Of a stretch of DNA of 64,000 nucleotides, positions 45,248 to 54,788 are shown piece by piece. The translations under genes and the position numbers were made by a program. The stretch comes from an uncultured Bacteroidales bacterium (lineage in GTDB: Bacteria; Bacteroidota; Bacteroidia; Bacteroidales; UBA932). Under the pieces are notes generated by a model that saw only the letters and a program-made list of their open reading frames with translations, searched no databases and had not been told where the DNA came from. The stretch is from positions 79,659 through 143,658 of the forward strand of contig CALUTW010000002.1 in NCBI GenBank assembly GCA_944323805.1, written 5' to 3'. Within the stretch, counting starts at the first letter, position 1. Each line of letters opens with the position of its first letter.

Positions 45248-46631
45248 TACGTGATTTTATATACCTGTCGATTGCTGCAGCAGCTTTCCTGCCTGCGCCC
45301 ATGGCCAATATCACTGTCGCGGCACCTGTCACGGCATCGCCTCCGGCAAACACTCCAGGTCTCGTGGTAGCCCCGTCTTCATCTGCAGTAATGCAGCCGC
45401 GGCGGTTTGTCTCCAGACCGGATGTCGTCCGGGCAATGAGAGGGTTAGGCGATGTTCCCAAAGCCATTATGACAGAATCCGCCTCAATCTCGAATTCAGA
45501 CCCGGGAACAGGCACAGGGGAACGTCTTCCGCTCTCATCAGGCTCGCCGAGCTCCATACGTATGCATCTCACTCCTCTTACCCAGCCTTTTTCATCCCCG
45601 AGTATCTCGACAGGGTTGGACAGCATCATAAACCTGATGCCCTCCTCTTTTGCATGGTGGACCTCCTCTCTCCTTGCCGGCAATTCCTTCTCCGTACGCC
45701 TGTATACCACTGTCGTATCCGCCCCAAGGCGCAGTGCAGTCCTTGCAGCATCCATCGCCACATTGCCGCCTCCGACAACGACAGCCTTGTTTCCGGCATA
45801 CACCGGCGTCCTGTAGTCATGCCTGTACGCCTTCATCAGATTGTTCCTGGTCAGGAATTCATTGGCGGAGAACACCCCGTTCAGATTCTCCCCGGGGATA
45901 TTCATGAAACGCGGGAGTCCGGCCCCCGAGCCTATGAATACAGCAGAGAAGCCTTCATTGTCCAGAAGCGAATCCACCGTCACGGTCCTGCCTACGACGA
46001 CATCCGTCTCGATTCTTACACCGAGCGACCTGACCTTCGATATTTCAGCTGCGACAATCTTCTCCTTAGGAAGCCTGAACTCCGGAATCCCGTATTCAAG
46101 CACTCCCCCGGCCTTGTGAAGTGCCTCGAAGATGGTCACATCATAACCCATCTTTGCAAGGTCGGCTGCACAGGCCAGCCCTGAAGGGCCGCTGCCGACA
46201 ACCGCGACCTTATATCCGTTGGAAGGGGCCTTTTCAGCATCACATGACCCGTTCTGCAGACTCCAGTCGGCTACAAAGCGTTCAAGCTTGCCTATCGCGA
46301 CAGGCTCGGACTTTATTCCGAGTATGCAGCTGCCCTCGCACTGTGTCTCCTGCGGACAGACCCTGCCGCATATCGCAGGCAGCGATGAATCCCTTGCAAT
46401 CACACTTGCGGCTCCCTTGAAATCACCTGCTGCGACCGCAGCTATGAACTCGGGAATCGACACGTTCACAGGACATGCCGACACACAGCGCGGATTCTTG
46501 CAGTGAAGGCATCTCGAAGCCTCAAGCATCGCTTCCTGCTCATCATATCCATAGCAGACTTCCTCAAAATTCGTCGCTCTCACTTCCGGAGCCTGTTCGC
46601 GTACCGGAACTCTCGGTAATCTGTCAGCCAT
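45240..46631 (-). CDS. nfnB: NfnB / GltD-like large subunit of electron-bifurcating NADH-dependent ferredoxin:NADP+ oxidoreductase
   Basis: RCLHCKNPRCVSACP, CGRVCPQETQCEGSC, GKLERF, GSGPSG, GGGNVAMDAAR, AGGDAVTG; no gltB nearby. Confidence 0.88.
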   Translation of the reverse strand: MADRLPRVPVREQAPEVRATNFEEVCYGYDEQEAMLEASRCLHCKNPRCVSACPVNVSIPEFIAAVAAGDFKGAASVIARDSSLPAICGRVCPQETQCEGSCILGIKSEPVAIGKLERFVADWSLQNGSCDAEKAPSNGYKVAVVGSGPSGLACAADLAKMGYDVTIFEALHKAGGVLEYGIPEFRLPKEKIVAAEISKVRSLGVRIETDVVVGRTVTVDSLLDNEGFSAVFIGSGAGLPRFMNIPGENLNGVFSANEFLTRNNLMKAYRHDYRTPVYAGNKAVVVGGGNVAMDAARTALRLGADTTVVYRRTEKELPARREEVHHAKEEGIRFMMLSNPVEILGDEKGWVRGVRCIRMELGEPDESGRRSPVPVPGSEFEIEADSVIMALGTSPNPLIARTTSGLETNRRGCITADEDGATTRPGVFAGGDAVTGAATVILAMGAGRKAAAAIDRYIKSRNA

Positions 46632-47500
46632 TATCTTGTCCTCCCTATCTTACATTCGTGCTCATATTCCACCTCGGCCTCATGCTCCTGGACCCGGTAC
46701 ATCCCCTGACGACGCATGGCCTCGTCAAAATCGACGTCATAGCCGTTGAATTCCGGGCCTTCTACACAGGCAAAGCGCGTCTTTCCGGCAACCGTGACAC
46801 GGCATGCGCCGCACATCCCGGTACCGTCGACCATCAGCGTATTAAGGCTGACGGTTATCGGCAGGCCGAGCTTCCGGGCTGTCTGTACAGCAAACTTCAT
46901 CATTATCATAGGACCGATGGCGACAGCCCTTGTGTATCTGCGTCCGTCTTCGCTGACGAGCTTCTCGAGAAGACCAGTAACCAGGCCATGAAATCCTTCC
47001 GAGCCGTCATCCGTACAGATGAAGAGATTGTCGCATACCTGCCTCATCTCATCCTTATATATGAGCAGGTCCGATGTCTTTGCCCCGATGATGACATCGA
47101 CATGGGCTCCGGCTTCCTTCAGGTATTTGACCTGCGGGTAAACAGGAGCCGTACCTACGCCTCCAGCTATAAATATGAAATGTTCCCCGGCAAGTTCCTC
47201 ACGGCTCTGCCCCACAAAGTCGGACGGCTGGCCGAGAGGCCCGACGACATCGCTGAAACAGTCTCCAGCTTCAAGTGCGCAGATTTCCCCTGTTGACACC
47301 CCGATTCTCTGCGTCACTATTGTGACTGTCCCCTCAACACTGTCATAGTCGCTTATGGTCAGAGGAATCCGTTCCCCATGACTCTCAGGGATAACAATCA
47401 GGAACTGCCCGGGACGGGCCGATGCAGCCAGTCTCGGAGCATATACTTTCATTCTGCATATCGCCGGAGAAAGCATTTCCTTTGAAATTACTTCAAACAT
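46631..47500 (-). CDS. nfnA: NfnA / SudB-like small subunit (FAD, [2Fe-2S])
   Basis: PGQFLIV, ERIPLTISD, GGVGTAP, IGPMIMMK, MVDGTGMCGACRV, CVEGPEF; its stop abuts the nfnB ATG. Confidence 0.9.
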   Translation of the reverse strand: MFEVISKEMLSPAICRMKVYAPRLAASARPGQFLIVIPESHGERIPLTISDYDSVEGTVTIVTQRIGVSTGEICALEAGDCFSDVVGPLGQPSDFVGQSREELAGEHFIFIAGGVGTAPVYPQVKYLKEAGAHVDVIIGAKTSDLLIYKDEMRQVCDNLFICTDDGSEGFHGLVTGLLEKLVSEDGRRYTRAVAIGPMIMMKFAVQTARKLGLPITVSLNTLMVDGTGMCGACRVTVAGKTRFACVEGPEFNGYDVDFDEAMRRQGMYRVQEHEAEVEYEHECKIGRTR

Positions 47501-47546
47501 CTTATATTCTGGTTTTTATGATTTTACTGTTAAGGATTGCATCCAA

Positions 47547-49400
47547 CTACAGGACAAGTCGCATCCCGGCATAGAACCTTGCCCCCATCAACGGACCCCA
47601 AACCGCACTGGCATCGAACGATGGCTGGTGCGGAGATACCAGTCCGGTCTCCGGGTCACGGCTTCCGAGCAGGATGTCCTTCTGACGGAATCCCGTCAGA
47701 TTCTCGCCTCCTATATATATGTCCACCTTTCCTATTTTCCGAGTAATCCGGACAGACAGCGCCGGATATACGGGGGTACGGCCGTCAGCATACATGAGGT
47801 TACCGTCAGCATCCCGATGATTACGCATGAAATCATAGACCCTGCAGGGACCGTTGACAGAAGCCCTGAAGTCAAATATCCACATGTCGCGCAGGGTTGA
47901 ATACCTCAGGTCCAGTTCCCCGCCGTAAAGCGGCACCATCGGACGGGTAACCAGCCCGCGGCCTGCAAGCTCGACCTTCGGGTCGGAATAACGGAACATG
48001 CCAGTGACAATGAACCGTCTGAACGGCACCACATAGAGCTCCGCCAGAAAGCTGTCCGTATAGGAGCGCCTTCCGTCCAGATTGTAGAAGGATATGGCAT
48101 TGAGGGCCCGTTCATAATCGACTATCACCTGCTGTGAAAACGATGTCCTTGAATATCCGACACTCACATATGCGTCATCCGTCGCACAGAAAGGAAGTTG
48201 ATACTTCAGGCTGCCGTTGAAATCCCATGCGTCTTCAAGTGTGTGGTCCATGAAATTCCCGGAGAAGACCTTCCCTGTCAGGAAAACATCGAAGTTGTCC
48301 TCAAGAGGATTGACAAATCTCAACCGGCGTCCGCCGTCAAGACGGATTTCAATCTGACGGACCGGAGAATACCTGAGCTCAAGATGCGGAGAAAGACGGA
48401 ATCCGTTCCCGGCATACCAGTCGCCGTACAGGCATGCGGTAACACCAAACCTGTCGTCAGGGCTGAATGCATACTCTCCATAAAGCCCGGCGGACCACAG
48501 ACCGGAACTTCCGCTTTCCTCATAACGGGAAATCATGCCTGTCTCGGGATTGAAATCCGAAGTACGCACAATCCTGTCTATACCGTCCGAATGGATATCC
48601 AATGTGCCCCTGATCCCGGCAGCGAGCCTGTGGGCCGGACTCATCTCTCCGGCATACCTGAGGTCGGCAGACATGGAATGCTCGTCTTCATACCATGACG
48701 AAGCACCTGTCCAGGAATTCATCTCCGCATATGCATAGTCCGCAGAGAATCCGATACCTGAAGTATTGTCATCCGCAAGAGGGGCATATACGCTGACATA
48801 TCCGTCTGCCATCATGCCCATAAGGTCCGAGCCCCACGGGTCGTCCGAATAACCTTCCTCAAGCTCCTGATATGCAGTATGGTCATACCCTTCCTGCCCC
48901 TCCTTCCCGGAATGCCGCATAAACCCTGCGCCGAAACTTACCCTGACACCGTCATCCGCACAGTAATGCCAGCTGTTGGCCACATTGAAGCGGAACACCT
49001 CCGGTTCATCCATGAAACCGTCATGATTGCAGTCGAAACTCTTCACATTGCCGGTCAATCCGCCAAGAATCTCCGTACTCCATTTCCTGCCCGAGGACAG
49101 GGACGATGAGACACCGAGGGCCATTCTCGTATCGCTCGCAGCCGACAGGTCGAAAAAAAGAGGACTGCCGTCAACTGTATCCATATATCCATGGTCCGGA
49201 TAAGGTTCAAGGCCGTAGCGTCCTGACGGACTGTGCAGCGGCAGCTGTCCTGCCAGGGCCCTTCCATGCCGGTACCAGCCGGATGCTGTCACGGACGTGT
49301 CCGCTGGCCCGGCAGCCATCACGTCAGGCAGTGCCAGGAACATAAGGGCTGCCGCAAGTGCAGCACGGCAAAACGTATAGCTGTATATATTGAAATCCAT
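47547..49400 (-). CDS. TonB-dependent-receptor-like outer-membrane barrel with very short N-terminal region
   Basis: Barrel motifs DCNHDGFM, SPHLELRYSP, RLDGGR, GGENLTGFRQ, WGPLMGARFYAGMRLVL. Start moved from 49445 to 49400. Confidence 0.75.
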   Translation of the reverse strand: MDFNIYSYTFCRAALAAALMFLALPDVMAAGPADTSVTASGWYRHGRALAGQLPLHSPSGRYGLEPYPDHGYMDTVDGSPLFFDLSAASDTRMALGVSSSLSSGRKWSTEILGGLTGNVKSFDCNHDGFMDEPEVFRFNVANSWHYCADDGVRVSFGAGFMRHSGKEGQEGYDHTAYQELEEGYSDDPWGSDLMGMMADGYVSVYAPLADDNTSGIGFSADYAYAEMNSWTGASSWYEDEHSMSADLRYAGEMSPAHRLAAGIRGTLDIHSDGIDRIVRTSDFNPETGMISRYEESGSSGLWSAGLYGEYAFSPDDRFGVTACLYGDWYAGNGFRLSPHLELRYSPVRQIEIRLDGGRRLRFVNPLEDNFDVFLTGKVFSGNFMDHTLEDAWDFNGSLKYQLPFCATDDAYVSVGYSRTSFSQQVIVDYERALNAISFYNLDGRRSYTDSFLAELYVVPFRRFIVTGMFRYSDPKVELAGRGLVTRPMVPLYGGELDLRYSTLRDMWIFDFRASVNGPCRVYDFMRNHRDADGNLMYADGRTPVYPALSVRITRKIGKVDIYIGGENLTGFRQKDILLGSRDPETGLVSPHQPSFDASAVWGPLMGARFYAGMRLVL

Positions 49401-49426
49401 AAGCGGTACTGAATTCAACGGAAATG

Positions 49427-49463
49427 CAAAAATAGGAAAATTCATGCGTTCTGCCTATATTTG
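49427..49463. promoter_or_regulatory. Divergent -7 elements TATTTTTG (minus, 49434-49427) and TATATTTG (plus, 49456-49463)
   Basis: TAnnTTTG matches facing the barrel gene and sppA. Confidence 0.6.
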
Positions 49464-49553
49464 TATGTTGCATTTATATTGTTGCGCCTGTCCGGACAGG
49501 ATATCCGCCGGGTCCAAGGCATTTCCAGACATAATAATTTAACAGACAGACAT

Positions 49554-51323
49554 ATGAAAGAATTTCTAAAGATGACGCTCGCTGCAATGGTCGGTTTTCT
49601 CATTGTCAGCGTCGTGATGACCATGTTTTCCTTTATCCTTCTCGGGGCAATCGCCTCTCTCGGCAGCAGCAAGCCGGTAATGCCGCGCTCCGCAGTCCTG
49701 AGACTCGACATGGGCAAGATATTGCTTACCGAACAGAATGCCGAGGCAGACCCGATGTCAATGCTCCAGGGCGATAACAGGACCCAGCTGGGAATCCTCA
49801 ATGCGGTAAGGGCCATCGATGCAGCTGCAGCAGACCCTGCAATTACCTATATATACATGAGACCGGACCTCGTGGCCGGAGGCATGGCTGAAATAGAGGA
49901 GCTGAGACAGGCTCTCGGGAATTTCCGGAACAGCGGAAAGGCTGTGGTCTCATACATGGAGAACCCGACCAATGCAGGATATTACCTTGCATCCGTATCG
50001 GACAAGATATATATGACATCCTATGAAGGAGGCATGACAATGCTGACAGGACTGTCGTCACAGATGATATTCCTTAAGGACATCCTCGACAGGCTGGGAG
50101 TCAACGTCCAGCTCATACGTCACGGCAAGTACAAGTCCGCCGGGGAAATGTATATCAGGAACAGCATCAGCCCTGAAAACAGGGAACAGACACAGGCTCT
50201 TGTCAGCTCGATATGGAACAGCTGGAGCGAGCAGATTGCAGCTTCGAGAGACATGTCGACGGAAGAATTCAACAGTCTGATCGACAATCTCATGCTGAAC
50301 TTCCCTGAAGACTGGGTCACAAACGGGCTCGTGGATGAAGTCCTCACACAGGACGGCCTGAAAGAGAAACTCTGCGACCTGTCGGTTACCGACAGTTTTG
50401 AGGATGTCTCAATGATTTCCCTTCAGGACTATGCCAGTCTGAAAGTACTTCCGAACATCAAGGCAAAGGAAAAGATTGCCATAGTATATGCTTCAGGCAA
50501 CATAGTTGAAGGCGGGGACAAGACACAGGTCGACGGGGACAGGTTCGCATCGATTATCGCCGGTGTAAGGAAAGACTCGACCGTAAAGGCAGTCGTATTC
50601 AGGGTAAATTCCCCGGGAGGAAGTGTCCTTGCCTCGGAAAAGATAAGGAACGAGATCGACCTTCTCAGAAAGGACAAGCCGGTAATAGCTTCATTCGGCA
50701 ACTATGCCGCTTCCGGAGGATACTGGATATCGAGCAGCTGCGACCATATCTTTTCGAATGCCAGCACACTCACAGGCTCCATCGGTGTATTCAGCATGAT
50801 TCCTGAGTTCAGCGGGACACTGAAGGACATCGCACATGTCAACATCACGGCCATCAGCTCAAACGAGCATGGGGACATGTATTCGGGTACAAGAGCGCTG
50901 AGTGCTAGCGAAACGGCATACATGCAGGCTTCGGTCGAAAGAATATATGAAAAGTTCACATCGATAGTGGCATCCGGAAGAGACCTCGAGATACCGTATG
51001 TGGACTCCATAGCACAGGGTCGGGTATGGTCAGGAAGCGATGCCCTTGAAATCGGGCTGACCGACAGCACCGGCTCGCTGAAGGATGCTGTCGTATATGC
51101 AGCCGGACTCGCCGGCAACGCCGACCTTTCCGCATGGCAGATTGCAGAGTATCCTAAGCCACTGACGACATTCGAGATGCTTCTCGAGTCATTCGGGGGA
51201 AGCAATGCCTCAGTATTCAGCGGCACACCTCTCGAATATGTGGAGAAAGCTTTCGCCGACTGGGAGCCCGATGAGTGCGGGAAAGTATACGCCCGCATGC
51301 CATATGAGATTTCACTGAGATAA
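49554..51323 (+). CDS. sppA: Signal peptide peptidase SppA (67K type)
   Basis: RHGKYKSAGE, RVNSPGGS, NYAASGGYWI, TLTGSIGV, GRVWSG. Start moved from 49461 to 49554. Confidence 0.96.
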   Translation: MKEFLKMTLAAMVGFLIVSVVMTMFSFILLGAIASLGSSKPVMPRSAVLRLDMGKILLTEQNAEADPMSMLQGDNRTQLGILNAVRAIDAAAADPAITYIYMRPDLVAGGMAEIEELRQALGNFRNSGKAVVSYMENPTNAGYYLASVSDKIYMTSYEGGMTMLTGLSSQMIFLKDILDRLGVNVQLIRHGKYKSAGEMYIRNSISPENREQTQALVSSIWNSWSEQIAASRDMSTEEFNSLIDNLMLNFPEDWVTNGLVDEVLTQDGLKEKLCDLSVTDSFEDVSMISLQDYASLKVLPNIKAKEKIAIVYASGNIVEGGDKTQVDGDRFASIIAGVRKDSTVKAVVFRVNSPGGSVLASEKIRNEIDLLRKDKPVIASFGNYAASGGYWISSSCDHIFSNASTLTGSIGVFSMIPEFSGTLKDIAHVNITAISSNEHGDMYSGTRALSASETAYMQASVERIYEKFTSIVASGRDLEIPYVDSIAQGRVWSGSDALEIGLTDSTGSLKDAVVYAAGLAGNADLSAWQIAEYPKPLTTFEMLLESFGGSNASVFSGTPLEYVEKAFADWEPDECGKVYARMPYEISLR

Positions 51324-51341
51324 CAATACTGGCTGACAGAG

Positions 51342-51384
51342 AGTCCGGCACGGCAGCAACCTGCCAAAGCCGGACTTTTTCTTT
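51342..51384 (+). terminator. Terminator between sppA and cutC
   Basis: agtccggc/gccggact outer stem, ggcag-caac-ctgcc inner hairpin, T-run. Confidence 0.7.
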
Positions 51385-51409
51385 CACATCATTGACAACA
51401 CAACAAGCT

Positions 51410-52162
51410 ATGGACAGATCCGATTTCAAGATAGAGATATGCGCCGGCTCCGTACTCAGCTGCAAGGCCGCACAGGATGGCGGTGCCGACAGGATAGAAC
51501 TTTGCTCCGGTCTTTCAGAAGGAGGCCTTACCCCGTCTGCAGGAATGATACGCCGTGCAAAAGAGGTATTGAAGACAGGACTTAACGTCCTCATACGTCC
51601 GCGCGGAGGAGACTTCCTGTACTCTGACAGCGAGATAAGGCAGATGGAATATGATATCTATGCAGCGCAGGACGCAGGGGCGGACGGACTTGTATTCGGT
51701 GCGCTTGACAGGTACGGGAATGTGGACGGCAAGGCCATGACAATCCTGATGACTGCAGCCGGGGACTGCCCGGTCACATTCCACAGGGCATTCGACCACA
51801 CCAGGGATGCGCATGCCGCAGTTGAGGATATCATCAAGTTCGGCTGCAGCAGAATCCTGACATCGGGATGCAGCCGGTCGGCATATTCCGGGAAAGAGAC
51901 AATTGCCGCGCTTGTACGTCAGGCTGCAGGCCGCATACTGATTATGCCCGGCTGCGGGATAAATCCTGACAATATCGCGGAAATAGCCGCATCTACCGGA
52001 GCATGCGAATTCCATATGTCTGCAAGAAAACCTTTGCAGAGCAGCATGGAATTCCGCCGGTCCGAAGTACATATGGGTACGGAACACGACCCTTATTCGA
52101 CAATGGAGACTGACATGGAACTGGTCTCTGCAGCCATCAGAGCCCTTACAGGCTTGAAATGA
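51410..52162 (+). CDS. cutC: Copper homeostasis protein CutC family
   Basis: IEICAG, RIELCS..EGGLTPS, IRPRGGDF, TFHRAFD, RILTSG, PGCGI. The track start is TTG 51392. Confidence 0.95.
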   Translation: MDRSDFKIEICAGSVLSCKAAQDGGADRIELCSGLSEGGLTPSAGMIRRAKEVLKTGLNVLIRPRGGDFLYSDSEIRQMEYDIYAAQDAGADGLVFGALDRYGNVDGKAMTILMTAAGDCPVTFHRAFDHTRDAHAAVEDIIKFGCSRILTSGCSRSAYSGKETIAALVRQAAGRILIMPGCGINPDNIAEIAASTGACEFHMSARKPLQSSMEFRRSEVHMGTEHDPYSTMETDMELVSAAIRALTGLK

Positions 52163-54770
52163 CCCTCTTGAGCCGCTCCCCTGTCCCTACGGAATATCCC
52201 TGGGAGAAAAAGACCACCCTGTTGAATGTGTCTGCCACGACAATCAGAGGAAGCCGGCCGTCTCCGGACATTGACATGCCGTCCATGATCATCCTTCTCA
52301 TCGAGCCGTCGGTATCGATTCCGTAGCTGACTGTCGCAGGCAGCCTGTACCTGTCTTCCCGGAATTTCTCCCAGTCACTCTCTGAAGCGAATATGACAAG
52401 CAGCGGACGCCCCCAGGCCTCAAGGTCGGAAGCAACTGCAGAGATATCCCTCAGTGCATGGTCTGTAGGCTCTTTCCCGTTATCGGCAAGCACGACGGCA
52501 AAGTATCCCCGTCCGGTCTCTGCAAGCACTGTCGTATGCGTACCGGTATCCTCCCCAGGACCTGCAGGCAGGTCATAGCCCGCTTCTGAATTGAAGCTTC
52601 CGATTACCCTGTACTGCGACGGGTCATCCCTTACGGTAAGCTCAACAGCTGCAGTACTGCCCTTGTCTATCCTGAAGAACCTGATGTCCGCAAGGACATT
52701 TCCCCCGGCCATTCTTGAGCCGCTTGTAAGCATATAGACCCCTACAGGAAGACTTGCGCCTCGCGAAAAGACGGATTTCCACGTGACATCCTCCCCGTAA
52801 TCGAGAAGACGGAACCTCCCGTCCTCATATCTCGAGATTGTGAAATGGGTATAATATTTCGGGTCGTCGAGCATCGGCACAGGATTATACGAAAGCACCA
52901 GTGTACCGGTCTCCCGGACAGTCCGTTCCGCAGACGCAAAGTCTGCATCGTAGACAACATCCCCGGAAGAATATCGGACAACGCCCGTAACAGGGTCCTT
53001 CCAGGCCGGGATGCCCAATGTCCGGCACATCGCCACGAAGAATATGTCCCGGGAATCACTGTCGGCTAACCTCGTATCCCACACTCTTGCCGGAGCTATA
53101 TTCACATACGGCATCGATATCGTGTCCATAAGTGACAGGCTGTCACGGCACCATGCCACAAGACATGACGGGTCTTTCCTTATCGCTGCCTTGAATGTCT
53201 CCGGCACCGAGGCAAGAAGATATCCGCGATACGGGGAAAGAAGTTCATTCGACACCCTCGGACAATATACGTTCCTGTCCCGGCTTCCCGCCGGCATATT
53301 GTCAAGATGGTCTTTCAGCACGGCAGCCGGAGTGTCCCGGAGATCCTTTTCAGAGACAGACTCCAATATCGCCAGGGCATCCTTCCCCCTGCCCTGCGCC
53401 ACCGCATACCTGATGAAACCGCTGATCTCGTCATGATTGCCGCGCGAAGCGACAAGAAGACCGGCGGCGGGGACTCCTGCCGACCTGACGAAAGCCTCGG
53501 CCCGAGCCCTGTCCATGAAAGTCGCGACGTAGGCATTCCGTATGGAATCCTCCTGCATCATCCTCAGGTCATTCTCCTCCCGCTGCTCAGGTGTGACATC
53601 GGGAATCACGGCATGTTCCGCCGGAGGGACAGACTCCATGGCAAAATGGCCGGGAAGATTGTCCGCGTCATACTCCAGGACGACCTCTGCATCCAAGTCT
53701 TTCCCGAAAGTCACTTTCCTGAAACCGAATGATTTGCCGTCAGTGGCATAGACGAGCATATCGCCAAGCCCTGCCACAAGGGAGGAATGTCCGGAATCAT
53801 CCGCAGCCTTTACCGCGACAGGGTAAAACTCCGCATAGTTGTACAGCCGGTATTCGACCGTCGCTCCCGGCACCGGAGCCCCATGCACGTCCTTCACATG
53901 GACATCCAGCCTTGCCGATTCAGGCGCATAGCCCGATGTCACATTTATCTCCGTATATCCAGGGGTTACCGATACCGTCTCCTCAGGGCCGTCGTACCTG
54001 CCGAATACCTTCGTATGCATCAGCATGCCACGGCTGGCAGGTGCATTGAACCATCCGAGGTCAAGTACCGGCTCCGGCTCGCATGCCCCGAGGAAATACC
54101 ATTCCCCGTCAGCCCAGGCCTCGACCCATGCATGATTATCGTCCGTATGCGCCCATCTCGGCGTATAGACCTGCCTGGCAGGTATGCATACCGACCTCAA
54201 TGCCGCCACAAGAAGCGTCGATTCCTCCCCGCACCGGCCGTATGCCGTCCTGACTGTTGCCAGCGGGGAACTGGTCCTGGAGTCGCTCGGCTGGTATACA
54301 GCCTTCTCATGACACCAGTGATTTACCTCAAGAATGGCATCATACATCGACATGTCCTTCACTCTCGGGGCAAGCTCGCGGAAAAAGACGGCCCGCGAGG
54401 TATCGAGATTCTCATTGTTGACCCTGACAGGCAGCACAAAATGCCTCAGCTCCCTCTCAGGTACCCTTCCGCCCCACGGCATCCGTTTCACGGCTTCCAT
54501 TGTAAGCCGGCAGTTGTCCGCATAGTATCCTGAGGGCATATTCAGGATATCGCCGAGCGGCATATAGGCATAGAGGAATTCCATCGCCTCCTTTTCCGCC
54601 CTGGACAGATGCATGGTATCAAGCATGATACCGGCTTCTGAGAGCAGGCTGCTCCTGGAACGGAAGTCCGTCCCGACCATCTTTCGGAACGACCTGTCGG
54701 AAATAAATCCCGATGAACATGAACTAAGGATGCACATCAATGCAATGACGGCAAAACATGTCTTTTTCAT
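52146..54770 (-). CDS. Transglutaminase-like domain lipoprotein (peptide:N-glycanase-like motifs)
   Basis: Lipobox LSSC; FVLPVRVNNE, YGRCGEES, DDNHAWVE, LGACEP. Confidence 0.85.
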   Translation of the reverse strand: MKKTCFAVIALMCILSSCSSGFISDRSFRKMVGTDFRSRSSLLSEAGIMLDTMHLSRAEKEAMEFLYAYMPLGDILNMPSGYYADNCRLTMEAVKRMPWGGRVPERELRHFVLPVRVNNENLDTSRAVFFRELAPRVKDMSMYDAILEVNHWCHEKAVYQPSDSRTSSPLATVRTAYGRCGEESTLLVAALRSVCIPARQVYTPRWAHTDDNHAWVEAWADGEWYFLGACEPEPVLDLGWFNAPASRGMLMHTKVFGRYDGPEETVSVTPGYTEINVTSGYAPESARLDVHVKDVHGAPVPGATVEYRLYNYAEFYPVAVKAADDSGHSSLVAGLGDMLVYATDGKSFGFRKVTFGKDLDAEVVLEYDADNLPGHFAMESVPPAEHAVIPDVTPEQREENDLRMMQEDSIRNAYVATFMDRARAEAFVRSAGVPAAGLLVASRGNHDEISGFIRYAVAQGRGKDALAILESVSEKDLRDTPAAVLKDHLDNMPAGSRDRNVYCPRVSNELLSPYRGYLLASVPETFKAAIRKDPSCLVAWCRDSLSLMDTISMPYVNIAPARVWDTRLADSDSRDIFFVAMCRTLGIPAWKDPVTGVVRYSSGDVVYDADFASAERTVRETGTLVLSYNPVPMLDDPKYYTHFTISRYEDGRFRLLDYGEDVTWKSVFSRGASLPVGVYMLTSGSRMAGGNVLADIRFFRIDKGSTAAVELTVRDDPSQYRVIGSFNSEAGYDLPAGPGEDTGTHTTVLAETGRGYFAVVLADNGKEPTDHALRDISAVASDLEAWGRPLLVIFASESDWEKFREDRYRLPATVSYGIDTDGSMRRMIMDGMSMSGDGRLPLIVVADTFNRVVFFSQGYSVGTGERLKRVISSL

Positions 54771-54788
54771 GGCTGATAATGATATGAA

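Noticed and set aside
45240-46631. Glutamate synthase small subunit (gltD/gltA)
   Set aside because: No gltB is adjacent and the gene is coupled to an nfnA/sudB-type gene, which points to NfnAB.
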